Counted from the first letter of the stretch, positions 40,669 through 50,967 are shown. The stretch is DNA of 64,000 bases from an uncultured cyanobacterium (GCA_963793425.1 CAWCAG010000005.1:2102720-2166719); one strand, 5' to 3'. Notes: generated by a model from the letters alone, not told the origin. Numbers and translations: made by a program.

Positions 40669-41907
40669 TTAGTTGAGTGGTGATTCAAAAATGCAAACAG
40701 ATCCATCTAATGGGCAAACTGTGTTTGTAAGAGGATTTTTTCTCAGGGAAAGCAACTGAAGATTGGTTAATCCTGACAGAGAACTAACAGTTGTGATTTG
40801 ATTGTTATCAAGAGAAAGCAACTGAAGATTGGTCAATCTCGCCAAAGGAGTAACATCGGTAACTTGGTTTTCTCTGATAATAAGTGCTTCTAGATTAGTA
40901 AGTCCTGCTAGCGGAGTAAGATCCGTAATTTGATTTTCTTCAAGGTAGAGTGTCTCTAGGTTAGTAAGTTTCCCTAGAGGAGTAAGATCCGTAACTTGAT
41001 TTTCTTCAAGGGAAAGTATCTTTAGATTAGTGAGTTTCTCCAGCATACTCATATCCCCAATTGGGTTGTTATCAAGGTTAAGATGCTCTATATTTAAATC
41101 CACTAAAGGAGTAACATCTGTGACTTTGTTGCTCTCAAGGAAAACTTTTTTCAGGTTAGTGAGTCCAGCTAAGGGAGTAACATTAGTAACTTGATTATCG
41201 CTGAGATCAAGTTTCTCTAAATTTGTAAGTCCGGCTAAAGGGGCAATATTAGTAATTTGGTTATAAAACAGATAAAGAGACTCTAAACTTGTAAGTTCAG
41301 CTAGAAAACTGATATCCGTGAGTTCGCTACCATGGAGATCAAGTTCTTCTAAATTGGTAAGTTCTGCCAAATCACTGAAATTTTCGATGCGGTTACTGTG
41401 GAGGTGAAGAGACTTCAGCTTTGTAAGTTTGGTTAGAGAATTAACATCAACGATTGGGTTAAAGCCCAGACTGAGTTTCTCTAGATTCGTAAGTTTCCTC
41501 AAAGGCTTAATATCAATGATTTGATTGTAGCTGAGGTTAAGTTCCTCTAGATTCGTAAGTTTGCTTAGAGAATCGATATTTGTAATTCTGTTAAAGGTCA
41601 GGTCAAGTTTTTCTAGATTGGTGAACCCAGTTAAAGGGGCAACATCTCTGATTTTGTTGAAACTAAGGTCAAGTTCGCTGCGGCTTAACAACTCATTGTT
41701 AGCAGATTCACAATCAGTTGTCCCGGCTTCCTCTAATAATATATCTACAGTTGTTTTTGCTTCGGTTGACAAGTTTGCTTTTTGCAGACACCACTCTTGA
41801 AAAGAACTTTCTAAACTGGGGTCAGCAGCTTGAGTTGCTTGAGTTTTCCAAGCAGAAAGTACTAATGTACTCAGTATTAAAACAGTCTTACTAGTCAATT
41901 TCGCCAT
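40669..41907 (-). CDS. secreted internalin-like LRR protein (15 repeats)
   Basis: 22-aa LxxLxLxxNxITDxxPLxxLTN units; WC/DC N-cap; CP..VC C-cap. Confidence 0.93.
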   Translation of the reverse strand: MAKLTSKTVLILSTLVLSAWKTQATQAADPSLESSFQEWCLQKANLSTEAKTTVDILLEEAGTTDCESANNELLSRSELDLSFNKIRDVAPLTGFTNLEKLDLTFNRITNIDSLSKLTNLEELNLSYNQIIDIKPLRKLTNLEKLSLGFNPIVDVNSLTKLTKLKSLHLHSNRIENFSDLAELTNLEELDLHGSELTDISFLAELTSLESLYLFYNQITNIAPLAGLTNLEKLDLSDNQVTNVTPLAGLTNLKKVFLESNKVTDVTPLVDLNIEHLNLDNNPIGDMSMLEKLTNLKILSLEENQVTDLTPLGKLTNLETLYLEENQITDLTPLAGLTNLEALIIRENQVTDVTPLARLTNLQLLSLDNNQITTVSSLSGLTNLQLLSLRKNPLTNTVCPLDGSVCIFESPLN

Positions 41908-42038
41908 TGGTATGTTTATTGTAATTTCTACTTGGTTGTCTAGTTGTTGGGTTCAAGCTTCATTTGAGTGCTGCTGAATAGACGTATGAACAAAACAGAT
42001 TATATTGATAATTTAAGGTGTAAAAGTTAGTTCAAGAG

Positions 42039-42743
42039 CTATAACTCAAAATCGCAAACTGATTCATCTACCGGGCAAGTTGACGATGTCAGGGGATTGC
42101 CTCGCAAGTTAAGCATACCTAGATTAGTGAGTCCACTTAAAGCAGTAATATCTGTAATTTGGTTGAAGCCGAGGTCTAGCCACTCTAGATTAGTAAGTCC
42201 ACTTAAAGCAGTAATATCTGTAACTTGATTGCTATAGAGTTCAAGACTATTGAGGTTGGTAAGTGGCCTCAAAAAACTGATATCAGTAATTTCGTTAAAG
42301 TTAAGATTAAGCCACTCCAGATTCGTGAGTATCGCTAGAGGAGTAGCATCTGTAATTTCGTTAAAGCTAAGGTAAAGCGCTGTAAGGTTTGTCAGTGTCG
42401 CTAGAGGGGTAACATCTGTAATTTTGTTATAGCTAAGGTGAAGTTGCTCTAAATTGGTGAATCCAGCTATTGGGACAACATCGGTAATTTCTTCGCCAAC
42501 AAGGACAAGTTCGCTACGGCTTGATAAATCTTGGTTAGCCGCTTCACAATCATCTGTTCCCGCAACTTTCAGTAGTAAATCGACAGTCTTGCTTGCTGCA
42601 TTCGATAAGCTATCTTTTTGCCGACACCACTCTTTAAAAGAAGTTCCTAAACTGGGGTCAGCAGCTTGAGTTGCTCGTGTTCCCCAAGCAGAAAGTATTA
42701 ATGTACTCAGTATTAAAACACTCTTACTAGTCAATTTCGCCAT
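42039..42743 (-). CDS. secreted internalin-like LRR protein (7 repeats)
   Basis: Same caps and repeat unit as its neighbours. Confidence 0.93.
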   Translation of the reverse strand: MAKLTSKSVLILSTLILSAWGTRATQAADPSLGTSFKEWCRQKDSLSNAASKTVDLLLKVAGTDDCEAANQDLSSRSELVLVGEEITDVVPIAGFTNLEQLHLSYNKITDVTPLATLTNLTALYLSFNEITDATPLAILTNLEWLNLNFNEITDISFLRPLTNLNSLELYSNQVTDITALSGLTNLEWLDLGFNQITDITALSGLTNLGMLNLRGNPLTSSTCPVDESVCDFEL

Positions 42744-42945
42744 TGGTGTGTTTATTGTAATTTCTAGTTGGTTGTCTAGCTGTTAAGCGCAATTTTCAAC
42801 TGAGCGCTGCTGAATAGATGTATGAGCCAAATAGATTACATTGATAGTCTCAGCGTAAAAGTTAGTTCCCTAAGCTAAGAGCTAATAACAGTATTACTTT
42901 CAGCTTCATACCTTGAATCAGCAACGCCTTCAATTGAGCTTGCGG

Positions 42946-44592
42946 TTACTCAAAAGTGCAAACAGATTCATCCACAGGGCAAGTTTGCTGTGTAAGAGGG
43001 TTTTCCCGTAGAGAAAGGTATTCTAGATTAGTTAGTCCAGCTAAAGGAGTAACATCAGTGATTTGGTTGTCGCCGAGGTCGAGGTACTCTAAATCTGTAA
43101 GTGCCGCTAAAGGGGAAACATCTTTGATTTGGTTGTCTTGAAGGGCAAGACCTCTGAGATTAGTCAGCCCAGCTATGGGAGTAACATCGCTGATTTGGTT
43201 ATTGTAAAGGACAAGGCTTTTGAGATTAGTCAAGTTAGTTAAAGGAGTAAGATCACTGATTTGGTTGTTGTCGAGAGAAAGGTATTCTAGATTAGGAAGT
43301 CCCGCTAGAGAACTCAGATCCGGAACAATAACCGTGATTTGATTCTCGCTTAGGTAAAGAAACTCTAGATTGATGAGTCTAGCTAAAGGAGTAACATCGG
43401 CAATTTGATTTTTGATTAAGTAAAGAGACTCTAACTTAGTTAGCCCAGCTAGGGGAGTAACATCAGTGATTTGGTTGTTGTTGAGGTTCAGTTCTTCTAA
43501 ATTAGTAAATCCTACTAGAAGGGTAAGGTCTTTAATTTCGCTGTCGGTTAGGGAAAGCGATCGCAGATTAGGAAGTCTAGTTAAAGAACTCAGATCCGGA
43601 ACAATACCTGTAATTTGATTCTCACTGAGGTGAAGAGACTCTAAATTGATGAGTCCGACTAGAGGTGTAACATCCGCGATTTGATTCTCGCTTAGGGATA
43701 GAGACTCCAAACTAGTTAGTCCAGCTATTGGGCTGACATCCTTCACTTGGTTTCTATATAAGGAAAGGGATACAAGATTGCTAAGGAGTCTTAAAGGAGC
43801 GATATCTACGATTTGGTTTGTTGCAATACTAAGTGTCTCTAACTTGACAAGTCCACTTAAGGAACTGATATTTGTGACTTGGTTTGCTTGAATATCGAGT
43901 CTCTCTAAATTGACAAGTCCACTCAGGGAACTGATGTTACTAATTTGGTTTTGGAAGAGATTAAGAGTATCTAGATTAACAAGTTCTTTTAGAGAGGTAA
44001 TATCTGTGATTTGGTTGGAGCCGAGTTCTAGCCACTCTAAATTAGTAAGTCCACTTAAAGCAGTAATATCTGTAACTTGGTTGCTAGTGAGTTCAAGACC
44101 CTTGAGGTTAGTAAGTGGCCTCAAAAAACTGATATCAGTAATTTCGTTAAAGCTAAGAGTAAGCTGCTCCAGATTCGTGAGTATCGCTAGAGGAGTAGCA
44201 TCTGTAATTTCGTTAAAGCCAAGCTCAAGTTTTGTGAGATTTGTGAGTATTGCTAGAGGGGTAACATCAGTAATTTTGTTCCCACTCAGATAAAGCTGCT
44301 CTAAATTAGTGAATCCAGCTATTGGGGCAACATCGGTAATTTCTTCGCTAACAAGGACAAGTTCGCTACGACTTGACAACTCGTTGTTAGCAGCTTCACA
44401 ATCATTTGTCCCAGCTTCTTCTAGCAGTGCCTGTACAGTCTTGCTTGCTTCGTCTGATAAGCTATCTTTCTGCAAACACCAATCCTTAAAAGAACTTCCC
44501 AAACTAGGGTCAGCCGCTTGAGCAGCTTCTGTTCCCCAAGCCGAAAGTATTAATGTACTCAGGATTAAAACAGTCTTGTTAATTAATTTCAC
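42946..44592 (-). CDS. secreted internalin-like LRR protein (21 repeats)
   Basis: Same caps and repeat unit; exact start uncertain. Confidence 0.93.
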   Translation of the reverse strand: MKLINKTVLILSTLILSAWGTEAAQAADPSLGSSFKDWCLQKDSLSDEASKTVQALLEEAGTNDCEAANNELSSRSELVLVSEEITDVAPIAGFTNLEQLYLSGNKITDVTPLAILTNLTKLELGFNEITDATPLAILTNLEQLTLSFNEITDISFLRPLTNLKGLELTSNQVTDITALSGLTNLEWLELGSNQITDITSLKELVNLDTLNLFQNQISNISSLSGLVNLERLDIQANQVTNISSLSGLVKLETLSIATNQIVDIAPLRLLSNLVSLSLYRNQVKDVSPIAGLTSLESLSLSENQIADVTPLVGLINLESLHLSENQITGIVPDLSSLTRLPNLRSLSLTDSEIKDLTLLVGFTNLEELNLNNNQITDVTPLAGLTKLESLYLIKNQIADVTPLARLINLEFLYLSENQITVIVPDLSSLAGLPNLEYLSLDNNQISDLTPLTNLTNLKSLVLYNNQISDVTPIAGLTNLRGLALQDNQIKDVSPLAALTDLEYLDLGDNQITDVTPLAGLTNLEYLSLRENPLTQQTCPVDESVCTFE

Positions 44593-44661
44593 TATTGATA
44601 GATTCTCATCGTTTAAACTTTACAGGAGTAGATACAGCCGTGACTTTGGTTGAGTTCAGGC

Positions 44662-45777
44662 TCATTCAAAAACACAAACAGTTGTAATATCATCTGGGCA
44701 AACTGTTTGTGTAAGAGGATTGTCTCTAAGGAAAAGCTGAACTAAATTGGTCAATCCTGATAGAGGGGTAGCATCGGTTATTTGGTTATCGTTGAGGTAA
44801 AGGAACTTAAGATTGGTAAGTCCCGATAGAGAAGCAACATCTGTAACTTGGTTTTCTTCTAGGTAAAGCTCCTCCAAATTAGTAACTTCAGCTAGAGGAG
44901 TAATATCGTTTATTTGATTGTCTTTGAGGTAAAGCACCTTAAGATTGGTAAGTCCTGATAGAAAAGCAACATCTGTGATTTGGTTTTCGCTCAGGTAAAG
45001 CTCTTCTAAGTTGGTTAGTATGCCTAGAGGAGCAACATCGGTGATGGGATTATTACCAAGGTCAAGCTCTTTTAGACTGGCAACTTCGGTTAGAGGAGTA
45101 ACATCGGTAACTTTGTTTTGATACAGGTTAAGGGTTTCTAGATTGGTTAATTTCTCTAAGGGAGTAACATCTGTAATTTGATTTAAACCAAGGTAGAGAT
45201 ACTTTAATTTTGTCAGTCCTGCTATAAAACTTACATTCTCAATTTCGTTAAGAATGAGGTCAAGTTGTTCTAAGTTTGTGAGTTTCGCTAAAGAACTAAA
45301 ATCGTTAATTTGATTGTTGCCAAAGTAAAGCCCCGTGAGATTTGTCAGTTTTGCTAAAGGGGTAATATCCTCAATTTGGTTTGAGGTGAGGCTGAGCTTT
45401 TCTAGATTAGTAAGTTTGCTCAGAGAATCAATATCTGTGATTTCGTTAGAGGCTAAGGAAAGTTTCTTGAGATTAGTGAACTCAGATAAAGGTGTAACGT
45501 CTACAATACCCTTATTACTGAGGACAAGTTTGCTACGGCTTGATAACTCTTCGTTAGCCGCTTCACAATCATCTGTTTCTGCAACTTTCAGTAGTGCATC
45601 TACAGTCTCGCTTGCTTCGTTTGATAAGGTATCTTTTTGCAGACACCATTCTTTAAAAGAACTTCCTAAACTGGGTTGAGCCGCTTGAGTAGCTTCTATT
45701 CCCAAATTGCTGAGTGCTAATAAACCCAAGATCAAAGCAGTCTTGCTAGTTAATTTCATCATAAGTGAATTACCCAT
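44662..45777 (-). CDS. secreted internalin-like LRR protein (13 repeats)
   Basis: Same caps and repeat unit; start probably at MMKLTSK. Confidence 0.93.
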   Translation of the reverse strand: MGNSLMMKLTSKTALILGLLALSNLGIEATQAAQPSLGSSFKEWCLQKDTLSNEASETVDALLKVAETDDCEAANEELSSRSKLVLSNKGIVDVTPLSEFTNLKKLSLASNEITDIDSLSKLTNLEKLSLTSNQIEDITPLAKLTNLTGLYFGNNQINDFSSLAKLTNLEQLDLILNEIENVSFIAGLTKLKYLYLGLNQITDVTPLEKLTNLETLNLYQNKVTDVTPLTEVASLKELDLGNNPITDVAPLGILTNLEELYLSENQITDVAFLSGLTNLKVLYLKDNQINDITPLAEVTNLEELYLEENQVTDVASLSGLTNLKFLYLNDNQITDATPLSGLTNLVQLFLRDNPLTQTVCPDDITTVCVFE

Positions 45778-45993
45778 TGTCCTATAAATTTACTAACGAG
45801 ACGCTCCAGTTGAATATTCGACACTTTAATATTCAGCTTGGTTTGGTTGAATTACTGATAATTGCTCATTAAGATTACCGAAAATAGTGAAAATGCTTAC
45901 CAGAAAAAATTGCAGCAAGAAAAGAAAAATACCCCAAAACCCTAAAAACAAATAGCTGTAATGTCCAATGTTCAGCTATTTGTGTTGGATTGC

Positions 45994-46053
45994 TGTTCGG
46001 CTTGCCGTTACCGCAGGCATCATCGATAACTGATCATTGATCATTGATAACTG
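45994..46053. repeat. dispersed repeat unit with STRR flank
   Basis: TGTTCGGCTTGCCGTTACCGCAGGCATCATCGATAACTG, near-identical to 2636-2675. Confidence 0.75.
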
Positions 46054-46060
46054 TTCACTG

Positions 46061-47575
46061 CTATGGCATCCACTGAGGTTTAAAACCTGGCAAAGGTAAC
46101 TCTTCTAAGGCAGGAGGTTCAGGAGAATCTGTACCTGGGGGAGGAAGTAAAAGTAACCAAAGACGACTGGTAGCTACAGGTTGTCCAGAATCGCTTCTCA
46201 AAGCTTCAGCAGCATCTGTTTCTGCGGGAATGACCTGATCTACTAAAATTCCCAAACCATCGGGGGCTAAACTCATTTGCACATCTAATTGTTCTGGTAA
46301 CAAAGCTAGTGGGGTAACAGTAGGATTTTTAGTATCTTCTAAATCAAACTTGGCTAAGTAAGGTTGTTCTTGATATCCTTCCTCTTCTTTTAATTCGCTG
46401 AGGAGACAGTAAAGGTTTTTACGGTTCGCATCAAAAGCACAGTCAATTAGAGAACCTTTGACATCAAGGAGTTTTTTTTGTACTCCTTGGTTCGTGACCA
46501 AAAACAGCGATCGCGCATAACGCAACTCCGGATCATCGCTGTTAAAATCTACCATAGCTGCGGCTGTGCCATCTGGGGCAAAACTCAATACTTGACCAAA
46601 TTTGGGTAAAAATTCAATGGTTTCAGTTTTGGGTTCTAAAGGTACAACGCCAACCCCTTTGCCATCTTTCCCTGTGGGAATAACCACCGCTTGACTATCA
46701 GGAGTAATTACAAAATCCCCAGTCAATTCTTGCTTTAAAGGTTTGGCTTCTTCTTCTCCTTTAATTACCCATAAATCTTGATCACTTTTATTGCGCCAAC
46801 TCAGTCTTTTAACAATAATTGTTTCTCCATCTTGGGCAATGGCAAATTGTAGATTTTGATAATCTTTACTATCTAAAATTACTTGCAAATTTTCGCCTGG
46901 GGCTAATTCTTCTCCCTCTTGAGAAGTTATTCCTGTGGCAACTGAGTAGAGTTGTTGCTTATTTAACCCTTCAGACCAATCTTTTTCCTCTTCAGCCGCA
47001 AATAAAATTCGATCTCCTTGGGGATAAGGTTGAAAATCTGTAACGATTAAATCAGCCGGAGTGAGAATACTTTGTTGGCGGCCGGTAAGATTGTAGAGAA
47101 TCAACTTACCTTTCTCTTCCCCTTCCACACCAATATAGGCAAAAGCGCGATTCCTACTCTCGAATTGTCCCGTAAATGGTTGCAGAAGTTTTCCTTGACT
47201 ATCCCCACTACCAATTTTCTCCCTAGCACCTTTGATGCTAATTTCATAATCTAGCCCGTAGGTAGCAGGATTTTCTAAGGTATAGGCCAGACGACGACCA
47301 GACCAGCTAATTTTGCCAGGTAAGGTTGGAGCTATTTTGAGATTATTCTCCACACTCTCGCGCTCCATAGGACTATTAAAAGTCAAAATAAAAGCCCTAT
47401 CTTCTGCACCAATTGTCTGTTCTTGCCAACTAAAATCCCTAACTTTTGGCCCGACTGGACTAACAACTAAGAGTAAGATGGCAATGGTCAAACTCAGGAT
47501 CGAGATGAGGATTATTGATAGTCGATCTACTGGTTGCCAAGATTGATTTGTTGCTTTACTTTTACTCTTAGTCAT
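46061..47575 (-). CDS. membrane-anchored Ig-like (Big_5-type) domain plus beta-propeller protein
   Basis: N-terminal TM helix, LTFNSPMERESVE..PGKISWSG, TolB-like blades; the longer ORF start lies in a tandem repeat. Confidence 0.7.
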   Translation of the reverse strand: MTKSKSKATNQSWQPVDRLSIILISILSLTIAILLLVVSPVGPKVRDFSWQEQTIGAEDRAFILTFNSPMERESVENNLKIAPTLPGKISWSGRRLAYTLENPATYGLDYEISIKGAREKIGSGDSQGKLLQPFTGQFESRNRAFAYIGVEGEEKGKLILYNLTGRQQSILTPADLIVTDFQPYPQGDRILFAAEEEKDWSEGLNKQQLYSVATGITSQEGEELAPGENLQVILDSKDYQNLQFAIAQDGETIIVKRLSWRNKSDQDLWVIKGEEEAKPLKQELTGDFVITPDSQAVVIPTGKDGKGVGVVPLEPKTETIEFLPKFGQVLSFAPDGTAAAMVDFNSDDPELRYARSLFLVTNQGVQKKLLDVKGSLIDCAFDANRKNLYCLLSELKEEEGYQEQPYLAKFDLEDTKNPTVTPLALLPEQLDVQMSLAPDGLGILVDQVIPAETDAAEALRSDSGQPVATSRLWLLLLPPPGTDSPEPPALEELPLPGFKPQWMP

Positions 47576-47812
47576 CCTTATATCATTAAACATTAAACAT
47601 TTATCATTAAACATTAAACATTTATTACTTGCCATCACCCTATTACCCTATCTCCACGCCTCAATAAGTAAATTAAATCCTTGAGAGACTACTAGCCTAA
47701 GTAATCTTTGATGCAAAATACGGATATTAGTTATGCAAAATAGTCAGTAACTGGGTATCCTATCAGTAGAACTTCGTATAAACTAAGAGCAAAGTTAGGA
47801 AACCTTCATCTA

Positions 47813-48457
47813 ATGGCGTTTAGAATTCAGTCTGCTTTAATCTTTTTGTTTCTGAGTGGTAGCATTTTCGCTTGTGGTGAAGCGGAGATAACCAAACAAC
47901 CCCAGGTTAACTCTCCTAGCCAAACCACGGAAACAAGTTGGCAAAAAGTTCAAGGTGAAGGTATTACTTTAAACTTGCCTCCTAGCTTTGCCGGGGGGAA
48001 TCCTAGCACTGATATTAATGTTTTAGAAGAAAAACTCAAAACCATTGCCCCTGATTACGAAAATAAAATTGAACTCCTCAAGCAAAATCCTGGGGCAGTG
48101 GCACTTTTGGCTTTTGATACTCAATCAGCCCCTCAACAAGGAGTTACAAGTATCAACGTTCGCCTAGAAAAGTTAGATGCAGAACTTACTGTAGAAGATT
48201 ACTTAGAAATTGCCAAAGAACAAATCTCCCCAACATACGAGATTGAAGAAGAAAGAGTGACTGCTATTGATGGACGTCAAGCAGGGCGAATTTTAGCTGA
48301 GGCACAGAAAAATGGTACGCAAATTAAACAACTATTTTATGTCCTCCAAGATGGTGAAACTTTTTGGTTAGTTACTTACTCGACTACCGCTGAAGAATTC
48401 GAGAAGCGGTTGCCAGATTTTGAAAAAAGTATTCAGAGTATCAAGCTTGAGACGTAA
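47813..48457 (+). CDS. putative lipoprotein (PsbP/DcrB-like fold)
   Basis: IFAC lipobox; C-terminal WLVTYST..FEKSIQSI pattern. Confidence 0.6.
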   Translation: MAFRIQSALIFLFLSGSIFACGEAEITKQPQVNSPSQTTETSWQKVQGEGITLNLPPSFAGGNPSTDINVLEEKLKTIAPDYENKIELLKQNPGAVALLAFDTQSAPQQGVTSINVRLEKLDAELTVEDYLEIAKEQISPTYEIEEERVTAIDGRQAGRILAEAQKNGTQIKQLFYVLQDGETFWLVTYSTTAEEFEKRLPDFEKSIQSIKLET

Positions 48458-48525
48458 AAACTGTCTTAATGGTAAAGACGTTTGTTATCTTAAAGTTTTG
48501 CTAACTTTTTTTAACAGGAGCTACT

Positions 48526-49446
48526 GTGCAGCTCAAACAAGTTATTATTGCCCACAAAGCCGGGGACTCTGAGAGTCGCTCTTGGGCTGAGAAATGCGCT
48601 CGTCAGTTAGAACAGCGTCAATGCCACGTTTTGTTAGGGCCAAGCGGCGTTCAGGATAATCCTTACCCAGTATTTCTTGCTTCTTCCAGTAGCAAAATAG
48701 ACCTGGCTGTGGTTTTAGGGGGAGATGGTACAATCCTTTCTGCGGCGAGACATTTAGCCCCAGAAGGCATTCCCATTTTAGGAGTTAATGTGGGAGGGCA
48801 TCTAGGCTTTCTCTCAGAATCCTTTGAATTATTTAAAGATACAGAAGAAGTTTGGACTCGCTTAGAAAAAGACCTTTATGCGGTGCAACGCCGCATGATG
48901 CTACAAGCACAGGTGTTTGAAGGAAATCGCAGCAACCTTGATCCGGTTAGCGATCGCTTTCTCGCCCTTAATGAAATGTGTGTTAAACCCGCCAGCATTG
49001 ATAGAATGCACACTTCAATTTTGGAGATGGAAGTAGATGGAGAAATTGTTGATCAATATCACGGTGATGGGTTGATTGTTTGTACCCCCACAGGCTCTAC
49101 AGGGTATACTGTTTCTGCCAATGGTCCAATTCTCCATTCTGGTATGGAAGCGATCGCTGTCACCCCCATTTGCCCTCTCAGCCTTTCTAGCCGTACTTTG
49201 GTGCTTCCTCCTGGTTGTGTGGTAGATATTTGGCCATTGGGAAGTTATGAACTTAATAACACCCTCTGGACAGATGGGGCGTTAGCAAGCAGAATTTTGC
49301 CGGGACAAAGGGTTGCAGTACGTATGGCAGATTGTCGCAGCTACTTTATTGTTTTACGAGAAAACTATTCTTTTTACCAAATTATTAGGGAAAAGTTAAT
49401 GTGGGCTAATACCAGAGTTCATATTGAGGACAATCACAAAAACTGA
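48526..49446 (+). CDS. nadK: NAD kinase
   Basis: LGGDGT, GHLGFL, ALNE, TPTGSTGY, TPICP. Confidence 0.93.
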   Translation: MQLKQVIIAHKAGDSESRSWAEKCARQLEQRQCHVLLGPSGVQDNPYPVFLASSSSKIDLAVVLGGDGTILSAARHLAPEGIPILGVNVGGHLGFLSESFELFKDTEEVWTRLEKDLYAVQRRMMLQAQVFEGNRSNLDPVSDRFLALNEMCVKPASIDRMHTSILEMEVDGEIVDQYHGDGLIVCTPTGSTGYTVSANGPILHSGMEAIAVTPICPLSLSSRTLVLPPGCVVDIWPLGSYELNNTLWTDGALASRILPGQRVAVRMADCRSYFIVLRENYSFYQIIREKLMWANTRVHIEDNHKN

Positions 49447-49480
49447 AATCAATGATCAATACTATTAGAGCAATTAATTG

Positions 49481-49805
49481 TTAAATTTTCCTCAATTCAA
49501 AAACCCCCGAAAGGTCACAAAGTTGATTCCTGAAAATACCTCTAATTACTAACTTGCCCTTTTCTAGAAAAGAACGGTTGCTTTGGAAAGATAATTCTGT
49601 TCCAGATTGAGAAGATTTTAGTAATAAATCAACTTCTCCGGTACTACTAATTATACCTTGGACATCATCAGTGTTACTACATTGATAATCTGGGAAATGA
49701 TTAGTTGAAAACCGACCATTTTGTTCAAGAGTAACTATCTTTGATTGAGCAATTTGTTGAGTAAATACTATAGCAATTCTAAATGATTTGTGAAAAGGCA
49801 GTGAA
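49481..49805 (-). pseudogene. 3' part of an unknown gene truncated by the IS4 element
   Basis: Its apparent GTG start falls inside the IS terminal repeat. Confidence 0.45.
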
Positions 49806-50862
49806 CTCACGGGGTGACAAAGGGGCTAAAAGAGAGACAGAATAAGTTGTTTAGCTCTGATACCTCTTTGGTAAAAAGGTAGCTTATTAGGAGTGAATAT
49901 CATTAGCTGCTCTACTAATTCATGGCAAATATGAAACGTTTCAATCCACAACTGACCATATAAGCCAACCCAGAAATTGCTATGCCTTCTATTATTTCTT
50001 GTTGGTAATTTCAGACGACAAACATACTTTTGAATACCTTTTCTCTTAAGCTTTTTGCCTCAGTTTAGTTTTTTTAGACCAGTATCCGGCAATATTCACT
50101 GTCCCAAAACCTTTCTGTTTTGTGAGTTGCACTTCTGGGACATAAAAGGATTTTCCTGGCTTTAAACCTAAAGTCTTTAAGAGTTGATAATCTTCTCCAT
50201 CTTTCTTGATATATTTGTTGTCTTTAGTTCTGAGAACATACCCACAGCCAGCTTGGGTCAACCAATTAGCCAATGCTACATTGCCAAATTCACGGTCTGC
50301 GATAACGACCACTTCATATCCTTCTAAAAGACGTAACACTGATTTTAGTGATTTTTTTTGTTCTGATAAATTACTGCTTCCTTTTTTATCTAATAAACAC
50401 CATTTCAAAGGAGTTGCCCTTTTGTGTTTAATTAAGCTTGCCATAAACAAATTCCGCTCTTTCCATTGAGTTCTATCTATGGCTACATAAGCTACTTTAG
50501 AACGAGATTGATTGATTTTTAGCCACTTTTTCATCACTGGAAACCAAAGACATTCTACTCTTAACTTTTCTAAGACTAGAAATCTTTGAAGATGACGGCG
50601 ACGACTTTGATAGAGTATTGGTATTGGCAGCAAGGCTGATAGTTTTTCTATTTGAACTGTTCTGTAGCTCTGTAATAAGAAAATGACTATTTGTAAGGTT
50701 GTGTATTGTCTTGCCGTTAGTAATTTACTGAAGCATTTGTGATAGAATTCTGGCAACATTTTTTATTGGGGGGTTTCTCAATTAGCTTACCCTCCTTTTT
50801 TTAGCATTTTCTGCTGCTTCTTCCTCTTTACAGGCTGTTCCAGTTCCTTGTCACCCCGTGAG
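49806..50862 (-). mobile_element. IS4-family insertion sequence with an internal deletion
   Basis: 15-bp terminal inverted repeats CTCACGGGGTGACAA / TTGTCACCCCGTGAG; transposase AIDRTQW and ADREF motifs. Confidence 0.9.
49825..50759 (-). pseudogene. IS4 transposase lacking its third catalytic segment
   Basis: ORF stops at KLRQKA; the C-terminal piece RKGIQKYVCRL..RRHSNFWVGLYG..FYQRG is in another frame; no YxxRxxIE segment. Confidence 0.85.
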
Positions 50863-50967
50863 GCTTTAACCCCATTATTATTAAATAATCACAACGAAAA
50901 TCCCGCTCTTGAGAGATGATTATAAGTTGCTCTCAGTTGTAACTTAGATGGTAAAACCTTGAATAAT

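Noticed and set aside
36785..45777. Diversity-generating retroelement acting on the LRR genes
   Set aside because: No reverse transcriptase or template repeat in the window, and differences include non-adenine changes (e.g. CAC vs TAT).
40669..45777. CRISPR array suggested by 66-bp periodicity
   Set aside because: The periodicity is the 22-codon LRR unit inside open frames; there is no constant repeat with unique spacers and no cas gene.
47576..47638. N-terminal MMASNKCLMFNDKCLMFND extension
   Set aside because: Translation of an intergenic tandem repeat (TCATTAAACATTAAACATTTA), not a credible protein start.
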